From a virus (lineage: Duplodnaviria; Caudoviricetes), in IMG/VR virus record IMGVR_UViG_3300043015_001060, positions 1-58,615 of that record: DNA of 58,615 nt. One strand, written 5' to 3'. The notes beneath the pieces were generated by a model. The model saw only the letters and a program-made list of their open reading frames with translations, was not told where the DNA came from and did not search any database. Within the stretch, counting starts at the first letter, position 1. Each line of letters opens with the position of its first letter. Shown in pieces: positions 19,460 to 29,492 of the stretch. The translations under genes were made by a program, and so were the position numbers.

Positions 19460-20644
19460 GTGTCTGAATTCCTAAAGTTTACTGGAAAGAACAGTAAGAA
19501 CAAGTTTTACGTCAGGGACTTTCGAAATGCTTATCGCTTTCGACCTGACGTAAATCCACCACGTCAAAAATTTAATGGATACGTTAATTTTATTGTAAAT
19601 AGACAATTACAAGAAACAGTATTCAATAATTTAGCAGGCGCAAGTTTTAGAACTAGTATTAGTAGTTTAGTCAGAAGATCTTCTTTACCAGCCGCTAATT
19701 TTAGAACTGAAGTTAAGAATCAATATAATAAGAAACGTATTGTAACAACCGGTGTAGATTTTGCACCTATAGACTTGACAGTTTTTGATACTATTAATAA
19801 TGAATGGTTAACATTATTGATGAGATACTATGCATACTTATATATGAATCCAAGAAATAAGAATGCAGAAAATGACAGAGATGTTTATCCTTACACAATC
19901 GAAGCATTAGAAAAACAAAAAAACTTTTTTAACAGCAATGAAGCAGGTTTAAATTTGCAAGTTGATAAAAACTTTTTTGAAAGAATAGATATAATTTTAT
20001 ACCATGGCGGACGAGGAGTCCAATATAGTTTAACAAATCCTTTTATAACACAATTTTCTAATTCAGAAATTGATTATGCTAACAGTGAAGCAATGGAATT
20101 CAATATGCAAATTGAATACGAAAACTTTACAACATACGACATTACTAATTTTGAATTATCGAGTGTTGATTTGGATAGATTTGAAAATGTAGCAGGTGTA
20201 AATTTTGCTAATGATGAAGTAATGATTAAACCATTAGCAATTCAGAAAGAAACAGATTTAGAATTTTTAGGCAATAAATCAGGTAATTCGATAAGTGCAA
20301 ATGGTACAAGAGGTCGTACATCACAACCAGGTGTAAGAACAACTCCAAAAGCAGAATTTGAACCGTCTTTATCTGATATAATAAAAGGTTATGCAAAAGA
20401 TTTATTATTTGGTGGATCCAATGGTAGTAGTCCAGGTGTAACTGCCGCTACTCCTACATATGATAGGTTAGATAACCCTATTACTAAAAAGTTAAACGAC
20501 TTTATTCCAGGCCTGGGCGGAATCATAGATACTGCGGCACAATCTTATTCAAGTGGCGGTGATGTAGGTGATGACCTTAAAAACTATGCTATTGATAAAG
20601 GGTTAAGTTATTTAGGCGACCAACTAAATAATGGAGATTCGTAA
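19460..20644 (+). CDS. tail tube-like/baseplate tube initiator protein
   Basis: Tube-fold pattern SLPAANFRTEVKNQYNKKRIV...PIDLTVFD...LTNPFIT...IEYE. Confidence 0.6.
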   Translation: MSEFLKFTGKNSKNKFYVRDFRNAYRFRPDVNPPRQKFNGYVNFIVNRQLQETVFNNLAGASFRTSISSLVRRSSLPAANFRTEVKNQYNKKRIVTTGVDFAPIDLTVFDTINNEWLTLLMRYYAYLYMNPRNKNAENDRDVYPYTIEALEKQKNFFNSNEAGLNLQVDKNFFERIDIILYHGGRGVQYSLTNPFITQFSNSEIDYANSEAMEFNMQIEYENFTTYDITNFELSSVDLDRFENVAGVNFANDEVMIKPLAIQKETDLEFLGNKSGNSISANGTRGRTSQPGVRTTPKAEFEPSLSDIIKGYAKDLLFGGSNGSSPGVTAATPTYDRLDNPITKKLNDFIPGLGGIIDTAAQSYSSGGDVGDDLKNYAIDKGLSYLGDQLNNGDS

Positions 20645-20645
20645 T

Positions 20646-21080
20646 ATGTCATCTGCTATATATAATACATTTGGTTCTGAAATACAATTTAAATATAACC
20701 AGGGAGTTTTAGAAGCATATTTTGAAAATGCATCTGTAAAATTTCCTCTTCCGGAAGCAACGTCTGACATACTATCACAAATTGCTGTACCTCCAGAAAC
20801 ACCAATTGACTCGCAAACATTAGAAGCAGTAAAATCTCGTTTAGAAAGTATTGGGTTTGGAAAATACAATGCTAATGCAATGGCTAAAGTATTAATACAA
20901 GTAGCAAAAGTGCAAAATATAAGTCCAATGGAATATTTTGAAATAAGTGAAAATAGCCTTAAATTAACAGTAGACTCATACAATGCAGTAAATTCATTAA
21001 GACCTAAAGGAAGTAAAATAGATCTTAAGACACCTATACTTAATAACAGAAGTACAGTAAAATCTCTTATTAAGCCGTAA
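20646..21080 (+). CDS. hypothetical protein
   Basis: ORF within the structural operon. Confidence 0.6.
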   Translation: MSSAIYNTFGSEIQFKYNQGVLEAYFENASVKFPLPEATSDILSQIAVPPETPIDSQTLEAVKSRLESIGFGKYNANAMAKVLIQVAKVQNISPMEYFEISENSLKLTVDSYNAVNSLRPKGSKIDLKTPILNNRSTVKSLIKP

Positions 21081-21082
21081 CA

Positions 21083-21532
21083 ATGCCTAAGTTTGCAAAA
21101 GGCCAATATACCGTAATAAACGAATCTAAATATGTAGGCAAAAAGGCTCCTACATACAGAAGTAGTTGGGAATTAGCATTTATGCGTATGTGCGATAATC
21201 ATCCTAATATTTTTAAATGGGCAAGTGAAAACATAAAAATACCTTACCAAAGTCCTTTAGATGGCAAGTACCATAATTATGTTCCTGACTTTATGATACA
21301 ATATCAAGACAAAAATGGCAAAGGCCATGTTGAAGTAATTGAAATAAAACCTCGTAATCAGACCACAATGGAAAGTGCTAGAACACAAGGACAAAAAGTT
21401 CAAACAGCCTTAAATGCCGCTAAATGGGTTGCGGCACAAGAATGGTGTAAACGCAAAGGTATACGTTTTAAAGTTATCAACGAAGATCAAATATTTCAAA
21501 ACAACAAACCTCGAAAACAGAAAAGAAAATGA
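21083..21532 (+). CDS. head completion nuclease (T4 gp4/TnsA-like)
   Basis: YRSSWE, WASE, YVPDF, IEIKP, NAAKW. Confidence 0.9.
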   Translation: MPKFAKGQYTVINESKYVGKKAPTYRSSWELAFMRMCDNHPNIFKWASENIKIPYQSPLDGKYHNYVPDFMIQYQDKNGKGHVEVIEIKPRNQTTMESARTQGQKVQTALNAAKWVAAQEWCKRKGIRFKVINEDQIFQNNKPRKQKRK

Positions 21533-22020
21533 AGATATTTGAAATAACAAATTCGATTGATCATAGATATATCATAAGAAAAATAATGATAGATAAAAAA
21601 TGGCCAGCAGGACTTATTAAGGAAATTGAAGATGAATGGATAATGAAAGACCCCACAGCAGGTAAAGATGCTGTAGAATATATAAACAATTTAACATTAG
21701 TTAAACCAACACCAGTAAAAATGCCTGTAGAAAAACTATTACAACATAAAGATAATATACTTCAAATGAAAAATTTACCCCAGGACATACTATATAAAAT
21801 AAAACAAAATCATCCAAATAGTCCCATACCAAATAATATTAACAAAAACTTTGAAAAGAATCCTAACAGATATGATCAATATTCTAAAATGGACCCTTCT
21901 ACAGCAAGACCCAGTGTAATGGTAGATGGCGCAATAGATTTTGGTGTAGGCAGATTCACAGCCGCATTAGTAAGAGGCGACCAGCACTTGAACGTTTGGC
22001 AATTACAAGCAAATAAATAA
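21529..22020 (+). CDS. hypothetical protein with a ParB-like C-terminal motif
   Basis: PSVMVDGAIDFGVGRFTAALVRG; N-terminus MKIFEI. Confidence 0.5.
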   Translation: MKIFEITNSIDHRYIIRKIMIDKKWPAGLIKEIEDEWIMKDPTAGKDAVEYINNLTLVKPTPVKMPVEKLLQHKDNILQMKNLPQDILYKIKQNHPNSPIPNNINKNFEKNPNRYDQYSKMDPSTARPSVMVDGAIDFGVGRFTAALVRGDQHLNVWQLQANK

Positions 22021-22028
22021 ATGTATAT

Positions 22029-22769
22029 ATGAAGTTATTAGTAGCAGGTGACAGTTTTGCACAATTTCCTAATGGTGAATGGTATAAAAGTTTTGCTGAA
22101 TCACATATAACAGATAAGCATTGGTGTCAACTAATCGATAAAAATGCTGTTTCGATTGGTTATGGAGCAGGAGATATGTACACAACTTCTTTTGTCACAA
22201 TACAACGTATTCTGCAAGACACTAGTTTTACTCATTGCATATTTTTTATTACATCTGTTGATCGAGATATTATACAAACAAATAGTAGAAGGCATACAGA
22301 TATTGCAGTAAGCACTACTCATAACAATTTTATAGATAATTATGAAAACAATTTTGCGGATTCAGGCGTAGCAAAAACAGATACAGAATATAGTGATTAT
22401 AAATTTGTAAACTTTGAAAATATTTTTAAAAATGAAGAAAATGATATTGTAAAAGGATACTTTCATACAAGTGCTGAATTTAAAAATTTACATACTAAAT
22501 TAAGTTGTTTGTCTTTAATTAAAACTTTTTGCGATAGAAATAATATTAAATTATTATTTGTTGCACCATTTGACGATGCAAATATACAAGAGCAATATAA
22601 TTTTTTTACAAATACTCCTATGTTTGATTTTAGACATGCTGATATAAATTGGTTTGAATTTTTTGAATCAAAAGAATGTAACAATTATATTTCTCACTTA
22701 ACGAATGATATGCACTTAACAGTTGCAAATCATTTCCACAAAATCTATCCTAATTGGCTCGATAAATAG
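22029..22769 (+). CDS. SGNH/GDSL hydrolase-like protein
   Basis: LLVAGDSF (block I) and C-terminal SHLTNDMH. Confidence 0.6.
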   Translation: MKLLVAGDSFAQFPNGEWYKSFAESHITDKHWCQLIDKNAVSIGYGAGDMYTTSFVTIQRILQDTSFTHCIFFITSVDRDIIQTNSRRHTDIAVSTTHNNFIDNYENNFADSGVAKTDTEYSDYKFVNFENIFKNEENDIVKGYFHTSAEFKNLHTKLSCLSLIKTFCDRNNIKLLFVAPFDDANIQEQYNFFTNTPMFDFRHADINWFEFFESKECNNYISHLTNDMHLTVANHFHKIYPNWLDK

Positions 22770-22773
22770 AAGT

Positions 22774-23253
22774 ATGACTAAAAAATTAGAAGAAGAGTTT
22801 AATTTACCTCCTATAGAAGAAGTTACTAAAACTGAAGAAGAAGTTATACCCACGGTTGAAGAAACTACAGAAGTCATACAAGAAACACAAGGTGCTCTTA
22901 GTGTTAGTGAAAAGATCAATGCGGCATTCAAAGAAATTAAAGGTTTAGAAGATCATGAAACTGAAATGTCAGACATTGGCAAAAAAGCATTAGAAAGTTA
23001 TGAAACATTAATGCAATTAGGAATGAATGTAAGTGATATGGCGGCTGGTAAAGTATTTGCAGAAGCAAGTAATATGTTAAAAATTGCACTTGAGGCCAGT
23101 GATGCTAAAACAAAAGCAAAACTACAACAAATAGATTTAATGCTAAAAAAAGCCAGAATTGATAAATTTGATAATAAAGGTGCAGAAACAGAATCAGTAC
23201 AAGCAACAGTATTTGATAGAAACGATCTTTTAAAAATTATAAAAGGTAATTAG
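22774..23253 (+). CDS. hypothetical coiled-coil protein, possible terminase small subunit
   Basis: Helical protein ending DRNDLLKII, upstream of terL; GATAAATA at 22761-22768. Confidence 0.45.
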   Translation: MTKKLEEEFNLPPIEEVTKTEEEVIPTVEETTEVIQETQGALSVSEKINAAFKEIKGLEDHETEMSDIGKKALESYETLMQLGMNVSDMAAGKVFAEASNMLKIALEASDAKTKAKLQQIDLMLKKARIDKFDNKGAETESVQATVFDRNDLLKIIKGN

Positions 23254-23882
23254 ACCCAAGTAACTAGTTTAAATCTTTCTTTGGGTAAGTTTAATTGTTC
23301 TGTAGTCCATTTACTTTGTCCAACAAAATCTAAGTCTTTCCAACTTTCTTTATTTTCTAATTTGTAGTTAGCAAATTCTTGCCAATCCATACTAAAAATT
23401 AATTTTTCAATTTCCTCTTTTTTGACTAATACTTCATCTAAGTCGTTGCTATCCCATTCATAATGAAACAATTCCATAGTGTTGTATCTATTGCTATCAA
23501 CATAATCTAAACTGATATCTATGCCCCACTTAGATTTAAGTTGAGTCATTTTGTGTATAAGATGATTGCCTTCTGCCCAATGCCCTAACTGTTCTAGAGC
23601 ATATCCGTGATAACCTTTGCGTTCAAATAAGTAAGAATGATTGATGTGTGGTCCTGTTTTATTAGTCTCACTGAGTATCCAAGGTTTAGCAATAGCACGT
23701 CTATAACGTATGTACTCTGCTTCTCCTATATTTGCTTTGGCGTATTCTTGCTCTAGTGGACATAAGTCATACCCTGATTGATCAAACAAGTGTAACATAT
23801 CTGCATTAGGGCAATGCATTTGTTCTATTGCAGTACCCCAGGTAACTCTATTTGAAAATTCTTCTTGTGATAGTTTAAACAT
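23250..23882 (-). CDS. hypothetical protein
   Basis: 210-aa ORF with its own AATAAATA (23888-23895, minus strand). Confidence 0.7.
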   Translation of the reverse strand: MFKLSQEEFSNRVTWGTAIEQMHCPNADMLHLFDQSGYDLCPLEQEYAKANIGEAEYIRYRRAIAKPWILSETNKTGPHINHSYLFERKGYHGYALEQLGHWAEGNHLIHKMTQLKSKWGIDISLDYVDSNRYNTMELFHYEWDSNDLDEVLVKKEEIEKLIFSMDWQEFANYKLENKESWKDLDFVGQSKWTTEQLNLPKERFKLVTWV

Positions 23883-23948
23883 AGTATTATTTATTTGATT
23901 TAAATTTTAGTTAGATGATAAATAAGTACTATAATTGGAGTTAAGTAA

Positions 23949-24644
23949 ATGGAACTAAAAACTTATATAGCAGAAGCATTCAAAAAAGAGTATGGCTTTA
24001 GAGTAAAAATAGCCGCAGATTGTGGTTCTGACCATATGGACATATTAGAAAAATGTCTAGCAAAATATAATGTAACAAGTATTGCACCGTTCAATAGAAC
24101 ACCAATACAAGAAAATCCACAGGAATTTCAGAGAGCCAAAGGTGCTACATTTACAAGTGAAGTATGCAGTACAGATATATCATTGAAATATCCAGTTAAC
24201 GAAAGAATTTTAGAAGTATGGTTAGCAGTAAATTTAGGTTTAGATCATGAAAGAGTATTATGCTACAATGTGAAAGAACCTAGAAAACTTGAATCAGACT
24301 TATCTGCAGAAAGATTAGTAAATGATGTAGATAGAACTGTAACTGGTGAAGATGCAGAACTGGCCAAAGAAGAAATGGCACATTACGAAAACGAAAATGC
24401 AGAAATAGATTTAAAAGATGCGTTCTTTGGCGAAGAGTATAATAAAAAATTCCTAGAAGAATTAGCAAAAATTAAAGCAGAAAAAGGTGCTGACTATTTT
24501 AGCAACTACCCAACTAAAGACGAATTAATGGGCGATAACTTAAAACCAACTTACGATGATCTCACAGGAAGACCTAATATGGGTAAAGGTGCTGAATCAA
24601 CTAAGCAAGTTACTAACATTTTTCAAAGCGGCGGTAATTTATAA
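23949..24644 (+). CDS. hypothetical protein, probable virion protein
   Basis: GATAAATA at 23917-23924; N-terminus MELKTYIAEA resembles a T4 capsid-targeting sequence. Confidence 0.65.
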   Translation: MELKTYIAEAFKKEYGFRVKIAADCGSDHMDILEKCLAKYNVTSIAPFNRTPIQENPQEFQRAKGATFTSEVCSTDISLKYPVNERILEVWLAVNLGLDHERVLCYNVKEPRKLESDLSAERLVNDVDRTVTGEDAELAKEEMAHYENENAEIDLKDAFFGEEYNKKFLEELAKIKAEKGADYFSNYPTKDELMGDNLKPTYDDLTGRPNMGKGAESTKQVTNIFQSGGNL

Positions 24645-25405
24645 TGAAAAAAGATATATTTGAAAGATACACCAACATGGTGCCAGATGACCTCGGGCGT
24701 GATCCAGAGTTTGTAAAACGCATTAATCAGCCTCAAGGAACAGCATCAGGATTTAATATGGGCAAAAAGGATGTCGGTGGACGTCATTCAGGTCAGATAG
24801 TTGCTAAAGGTTTAGATAACATTTCTCAAGGTAAGCAAGTTTCAGGTGAAGTACTAAAATCATTAGAACCGTATGCAAATATACTTAATGACATATTTTC
24901 TAATACAAAATATAGACAACGATTCTTACAATTAGTAAGACAAATGCATCAAGAGATGAAACCACAAGCAGAATCAGTTAACGAAGCAATGAGCGATGCT
25001 TATGGTGTTGTAAATGCAGAACCTGAAGTTGAAAGTTCAGTAGAATTCAAACAACATAAAAACACTGACAAAGGTTCAGTAAGTATAGAAGCAAGTGGTG
25101 AAGACATGCAAGAACTTGCAAGAGTTTTAAAACTTGCAGGACTTACACTACCAAAAGGTATGAATCCGGAAGAACCAGAAGCAGAAGAAGTATGTGATGA
25201 TTGTGGCAAGCCTGGATCAGAATGTGACTGTCCAGGACATGATCATGGTGATGAAGAATGCGATACATGTGCTGATGACAAACCTGAAGTTAAGGTATTA
25301 ACACCTAATGCACAACCAATATCAGATTTAGATGCCGCATATACTACTGACAAAGAAACATTAGTTAATGTACTCAAAGACAAACTTAAAAAGTCTCTTT
25401 CTTAA
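24644..25405 (+). CDS. acidic hypothetical protein with a Cys/His-rich segment
   Basis: CDDCGKPGSECDCPGHDHGDEECDTC. Confidence 0.65.
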   Translation: MKKDIFERYTNMVPDDLGRDPEFVKRINQPQGTASGFNMGKKDVGGRHSGQIVAKGLDNISQGKQVSGEVLKSLEPYANILNDIFSNTKYRQRFLQLVRQMHQEMKPQAESVNEAMSDAYGVVNAEPEVESSVEFKQHKNTDKGSVSIEASGEDMQELARVLKLAGLTLPKGMNPEEPEAEEVCDDCGKPGSECDCPGHDHGDEECDTCADDKPEVKVLTPNAQPISDLDAAYTTDKETLVNVLKDKLKKSLS

Positions 25406-25429
25406 ACTAAATCTTTATAAATAACTATT

Positions 25430-27016
25430 ATGGCAAGAGGAACTGCGGATACCAGTCTGGTCAAACAAGGCTATAGTAGAATTGCCTATACACCAGAAAC
25501 ATTAGAAGATTTTAAAAAGTGTGCTGATCTAGAATCAGGACCATTGCACTTTATGACAAATCATGTCAAAATTCAACATCCTACAAAGGGAGGCATGGAT
25601 TTTGATCCATTTAGTTATCAATTAGATCTAATAGAAAACTACAATAATTACAGATACAGTATCAACATGCTGGGTAGACAGATGGGTAAAACCACTGTAG
25701 CGGCAGGATACTTGCTGTGGTATGCTATGTTTAGACCCGACAGTACAATATTAGTTGCGGCTCACAAACAAGCAGGTGCTCAGGAAATTATGCAACGTAT
25801 TAGGTATGCTTACGAAAGTGTACCAGATTACATTAGAGCAGGTGTAACAGAATATAATAAAGGTAGTATAAGTTTTGATAACGGTAGTAGAATTGTAGCA
25901 AGTACAACAACCGAAAACACTGGTAGGGGTATGTCGCTTACATTAGTATACTTAGACGAGTTTGCTTTTGTGCCTCCTAGAATAGCCAGCGAGTTTTGGA
26001 CATCACTATCACCCACACTAGCAACAGGTGGTAAGTGTATTATTACAAGCACACCAAATAGTGATGAAGATACCTTTGCTATGATTTGGAATCAGGCAAA
26101 CAAGTTGTTTGATGAGTTTGGAAATGAACAGGACGTAGGTGTAAACGGATTCAAGCCATTACTTGCAAAATGGGAAGAACACCCAGACAGAGATTCAATT
26201 TGGGCAACAGAAGAACGTGGTAGAATTGGAGAAGAACGTTTTAGACGTGAACACGAATGCGAATTTATTATATATGACGAAACACTTATAGATCCACTTG
26301 TATTAATAGAATTAAAAGGTGTCGACCCTCAAATTAAAATGGGGCAAGTTCGTTGGTACAGTCAACCTAATCAAGATAGCATTTACATAGTAACTTTAGA
26401 TCCAAGTACAGGAACAGGCGGAGATAATGCCGCTATACAAGTATTAGAATTACCTAGCATGAAACAGGTTGCAGAATGGAATCATAACAAAACGCCTATA
26501 GAAGGCCAAGTAAAAGTTATGATGGAAATTATGTATTACATAAAAGAAACATGTAAATCTTCTATATACTGGACTGTAGAAAATAATGCCATAGGTGAAG
26601 CGGCCTTAGTAGTTATAAGAGATACTGGAGAAGATCAGTTCCCAGGAGACTTTTTACACGAACCAAAAAAGATACAAGGTAAGAAAGGACGTAAAGGATT
26701 TCACACTACACACAAAAATAAAATGGAAGCCTGTTTGCAATTAAAAAGATTAGTAGAAAGCAATAAAATTTTTATTAAAAGTAAAGCACTAGTAAGTGAA
26801 CTAAAGAATTTTGTTGCAACACATAATACATTTAGATCTAAGCCAGGACAAACAGATGATTTAGTAATGGCATTAGTTGTTGCAATTAGAATGATAGAAT
26901 ATGTAAGTACTTTTGAAGATGATGTTTATAATGCTGTAAATAGTAGTTTAACATACAATCCACAAGACGATGATGACGATCCTGCTAACAGTCCGCTACC
27001 AATTGGTATCTTATGA
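25430..27016 (+). CDS. terL: terminase large subunit (gp17-like)
   Basis: GRQMGKTT (Walker A), YLDEFAF (Walker B), STPN, LDPSTGTGGD, TVENNAIG, DDLVMA; TATAAATA at 25416-25423. Confidence 0.97.
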   Translation: MARGTADTSLVKQGYSRIAYTPETLEDFKKCADLESGPLHFMTNHVKIQHPTKGGMDFDPFSYQLDLIENYNNYRYSINMLGRQMGKTTVAAGYLLWYAMFRPDSTILVAAHKQAGAQEIMQRIRYAYESVPDYIRAGVTEYNKGSISFDNGSRIVASTTTENTGRGMSLTLVYLDEFAFVPPRIASEFWTSLSPTLATGGKCIITSTPNSDEDTFAMIWNQANKLFDEFGNEQDVGVNGFKPLLAKWEEHPDRDSIWATEERGRIGEERFRREHECEFIIYDETLIDPLVLIELKGVDPQIKMGQVRWYSQPNQDSIYIVTLDPSTGTGGDNAAIQVLELPSMKQVAEWNHNKTPIEGQVKVMMEIMYYIKETCKSSIYWTVENNAIGEAALVVIRDTGEDQFPGDFLHEPKKIQGKKGRKGFHTTHKNKMEACLQLKRLVESNKIFIKSKALVSELKNFVATHNTFRSKPGQTDDLVMALVVAIRMIEYVSTFEDDVYNAVNSSLTYNPQDDDDDPANSPLPIGIL

Positions 27017-27041
27017 TAAATAGTAGTAAGGAGAAATCATA

Positions 27042-28298
27042 ATGCCAATTAGTTATAGTACAGTAGCAGAAAAAATTTATAATTCTTTAAAAGGTTTTGG
27101 GTACTCAGTACAATCTTTTAATGAAGATGGTGAATTAGTAATAGATCCTAGTCAAGGTTCTAGATTTGCTGTTGATTCGCCTAACATCATAGTTAGAGTT
27201 AATAAAGATAAAGACGAAGTATATATGGCTACTAGTGAAGATATTAATGCAGATGAGATAAGAATACGTCTTAAAGAACTAGCACAAGATTACTTACTAG
27301 ATTTTGATTATAAGGTATTTGATAAAAAATTAAAACCAAAAGGTGAGCAAATCGATATTAAGAGGAATGCGGAGAGAGACATGGCAGAAGTAATGGAAGC
27401 CAACTACGGAAAAATGACAGGTAGCACCAAATCTAGTTACCAAGCATTAGAAAACATCAAACTAATAGTACGACATAAAAAAGCAGTAAACGAAGAAGTA
27501 CGCGGTGCTAGAAGTAGAAATATACATAGTATACTAATACAACGTGGTGAAGAAAAGTTTAAAATGGCAGAAAATAACTTACAAGCCGCAAGAGCAATGG
27601 CAAGACATTTATATAATGGCGGTGAAGTTTACGATCAACAAGGCACAACAATTTCTAAAATGGCAGAAGATTATCGTCAATTAAGAGAATTTGTACGTTA
27701 TGTAAAAAACTCTAAATTAGTTAACGAAAGCAATCAAGAATATGTAGATCTTGCTATTGAAAATATAAATGATATTAGAACTACATTTAAAAAATTGAGT
27801 GGTGTAAAAACTTATGCAAGTACCATTGAAAGTATATCAGATTATAATAATGTAGAAATTTTAGAAGATGATATAGATTTAGAAAGTAAATTTACTGAAA
27901 CACATTTCGATAATAAAGTTTCAGATGTAATGGACAATTTAAAAACATTAGTAAACAAAAAGAAAAGTTTTGAAAGTAAAATTGTGTCAGCAATAGAATC
28001 TGAATCATTTGCAACATTAAAAGATAAATTACAAGAGTCTGATTTAGTTGACTTTGCTTCACCACATGCAAGGCTTGGACATCAAGTAAGTCAATTAGGT
28101 TATTCTGCAAGTGATCCTGTATTGTCTAACTATTTACAAAGCATTAGTAGTAAACTTTCATCAGGCGGTAACTTAAATCAATTTGAATATGGCACTATTA
28201 AAAGTTGTTTATTAAGTGCTAATTCTAACAGTAAAAATGCATCACCTGTAGATGTTGCAGAAACATACGAAGCATTTTTGAACCAGTTTACAGACTAA
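27042..28298 (+). CDS. late hypothetical protein (possible head core protein)
   Basis: GATAAATA at 27015-27022 and an AGGAG RBS; possible internal start at 27381. Confidence 0.65.
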   Translation: MPISYSTVAEKIYNSLKGFGYSVQSFNEDGELVIDPSQGSRFAVDSPNIIVRVNKDKDEVYMATSEDINADEIRIRLKELAQDYLLDFDYKVFDKKLKPKGEQIDIKRNAERDMAEVMEANYGKMTGSTKSSYQALENIKLIVRHKKAVNEEVRGARSRNIHSILIQRGEEKFKMAENNLQAARAMARHLYNGGEVYDQQGTTISKMAEDYRQLREFVRYVKNSKLVNESNQEYVDLAIENINDIRTTFKKLSGVKTYASTIESISDYNNVEILEDDIDLESKFTETHFDNKVSDVMDNLKTLVNKKKSFESKIVSAIESESFATLKDKLQESDLVDFASPHARLGHQVSQLGYSASDPVLSNYLQSISSKLSSGGNLNQFEYGTIKSCLLSANSNSKNASPVDVAETYEAFLNQFTD

Positions 28299-28312
28299 AA
28301 ACACACTAACCA

Positions 28313-28447
28313 GATAAATAAATTTGTTAATAGAAAATCTATTAATAGTTGTAAAAAGGTGTTGACTTTTTTACATCTTGGCTTTATAATAAAAAACAAG
28401 TGATACCCTAAACACAGAAGGTATTACGAACATGGCAAATATAGGAG
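28313..28447 (+). promoter_or_regulatory. gp32 leader: late promoter, sigma70 promoter and hairpins
   Basis: GATAAATA at 28313-28320; TTGACT 28362-N17-TATAAT 28385-28390; inverted repeats; AGGAG RBS. Confidence 0.7.
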
Positions 28448-28454
28448 AAATATC

Positions 28455-29483
28455 ATGGCCTCATTAGCAGAAATAAGAGCAAAGTTACAATCAATGGAAA
28501 ACAATTCCAAAGGTAACAACACCGGCTCAAGCGATAACGCAATATACCCATTTTGGAACATAGACGAAGGAAGTAGTACAGTACTACGATTCCTACCTGA
28601 CAATGATCCAAACAACACGTTCTTTTGGGTTGAACGACAAATGATCAGACTTACATTCCCAGGAGTAGTAGGCGGCGATCAAAAACCAACAACTGTACAA
28701 GTTCCTTGTATGGAAATGTTTGGTGAAACATGTCCAGTATTAACTGAGGTAAGACCTTGGTTTAAAGATCCTTCACTAGAAGATATGGGCAGAAAGTATT
28801 GGAAGAAAAGAAGTTATATTTTCCAAGGCTTTGTAAATGAAAATCCACTTAACGAGGAATCACCAGAGAATCCAATTAGACGATTTGTTATTGGACCTCA
28901 AATCTTTAACATTATTAAATCAGCATTGATGGACCCAGAAATGGAAAACCTTCCAACTGATTATGTTGCAGGTACAGATTTCCGTTTATCAAAAACAACC
29001 AAAGGTCAATACGCAGACTATTCTACAAGTAAGTGGGCAAGAAAAGAAAGTGCTCTTACTGAAGAAAACTTAGCGGCAATTGATACACATGGTTTATTTG
29101 ATCTCAATGACTTCCTTCCTGCTAAACCAACAGCAGAAGGCGTACAAGCAATAGCAGAAATGTTCCAAGCATCAGTAGATGGGGAGTTATATGACCCTGC
29201 AAAATGGGGTAACTTTTTCAAACCCTATGGACTCGATGTTGGTACAAAAACACAGGCAACAGTTGCACCAGCACAAACTACTCCAGCAGTATCACAACCT
29301 GCAACAGAGAGTGTGGCTCCTGTAACAGCACCTGCACCAGCAGTAGCAGAAACAACTGCACCAGCAGTAGAAACTCCTGCTCCAGCACCAGCGGCTGAGC
29401 CAGTTGCAAGTACTCCAGCAGAAGATACTGGTAAGAAATCAGCAGATGATATTCTTAACATGATCAGAAACAGACAGTCGTAA
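28455..29483 (+). CDS. single-stranded DNA-binding protein (gp32-like)
   Basis: LRFLPD, CMEMFGETCP, KYWKKRSY, GTDFRLSK...ADYSTS; Ala/Pro-rich tail. Confidence 0.9.
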   Translation: MASLAEIRAKLQSMENNSKGNNTGSSDNAIYPFWNIDEGSSTVLRFLPDNDPNNTFFWVERQMIRLTFPGVVGGDQKPTTVQVPCMEMFGETCPVLTEVRPWFKDPSLEDMGRKYWKKRSYIFQGFVNENPLNEESPENPIRRFVIGPQIFNIIKSALMDPEMENLPTDYVAGTDFRLSKTTKGQYADYSTSKWARKESALTEENLAAIDTHGLFDLNDFLPAKPTAEGVQAIAEMFQASVDGELYDPAKWGNFFKPYGLDVGTKTQATVAPAQTTPAVSQPATESVAPVTAPAPAVAETTAPAVETPAPAPAAEPVASTPAEDTGKKSADDILNMIRNRQS

Positions 29484-29492
29484 GGAGAAATC

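Noticed and set aside
29255-29425. GCACCAGCA-type repeats resembling a tandem array
   Set aside because: This is the coding Ala/Pro/Thr-rich tail of the SSB, with no fixed repeat-spacer period.
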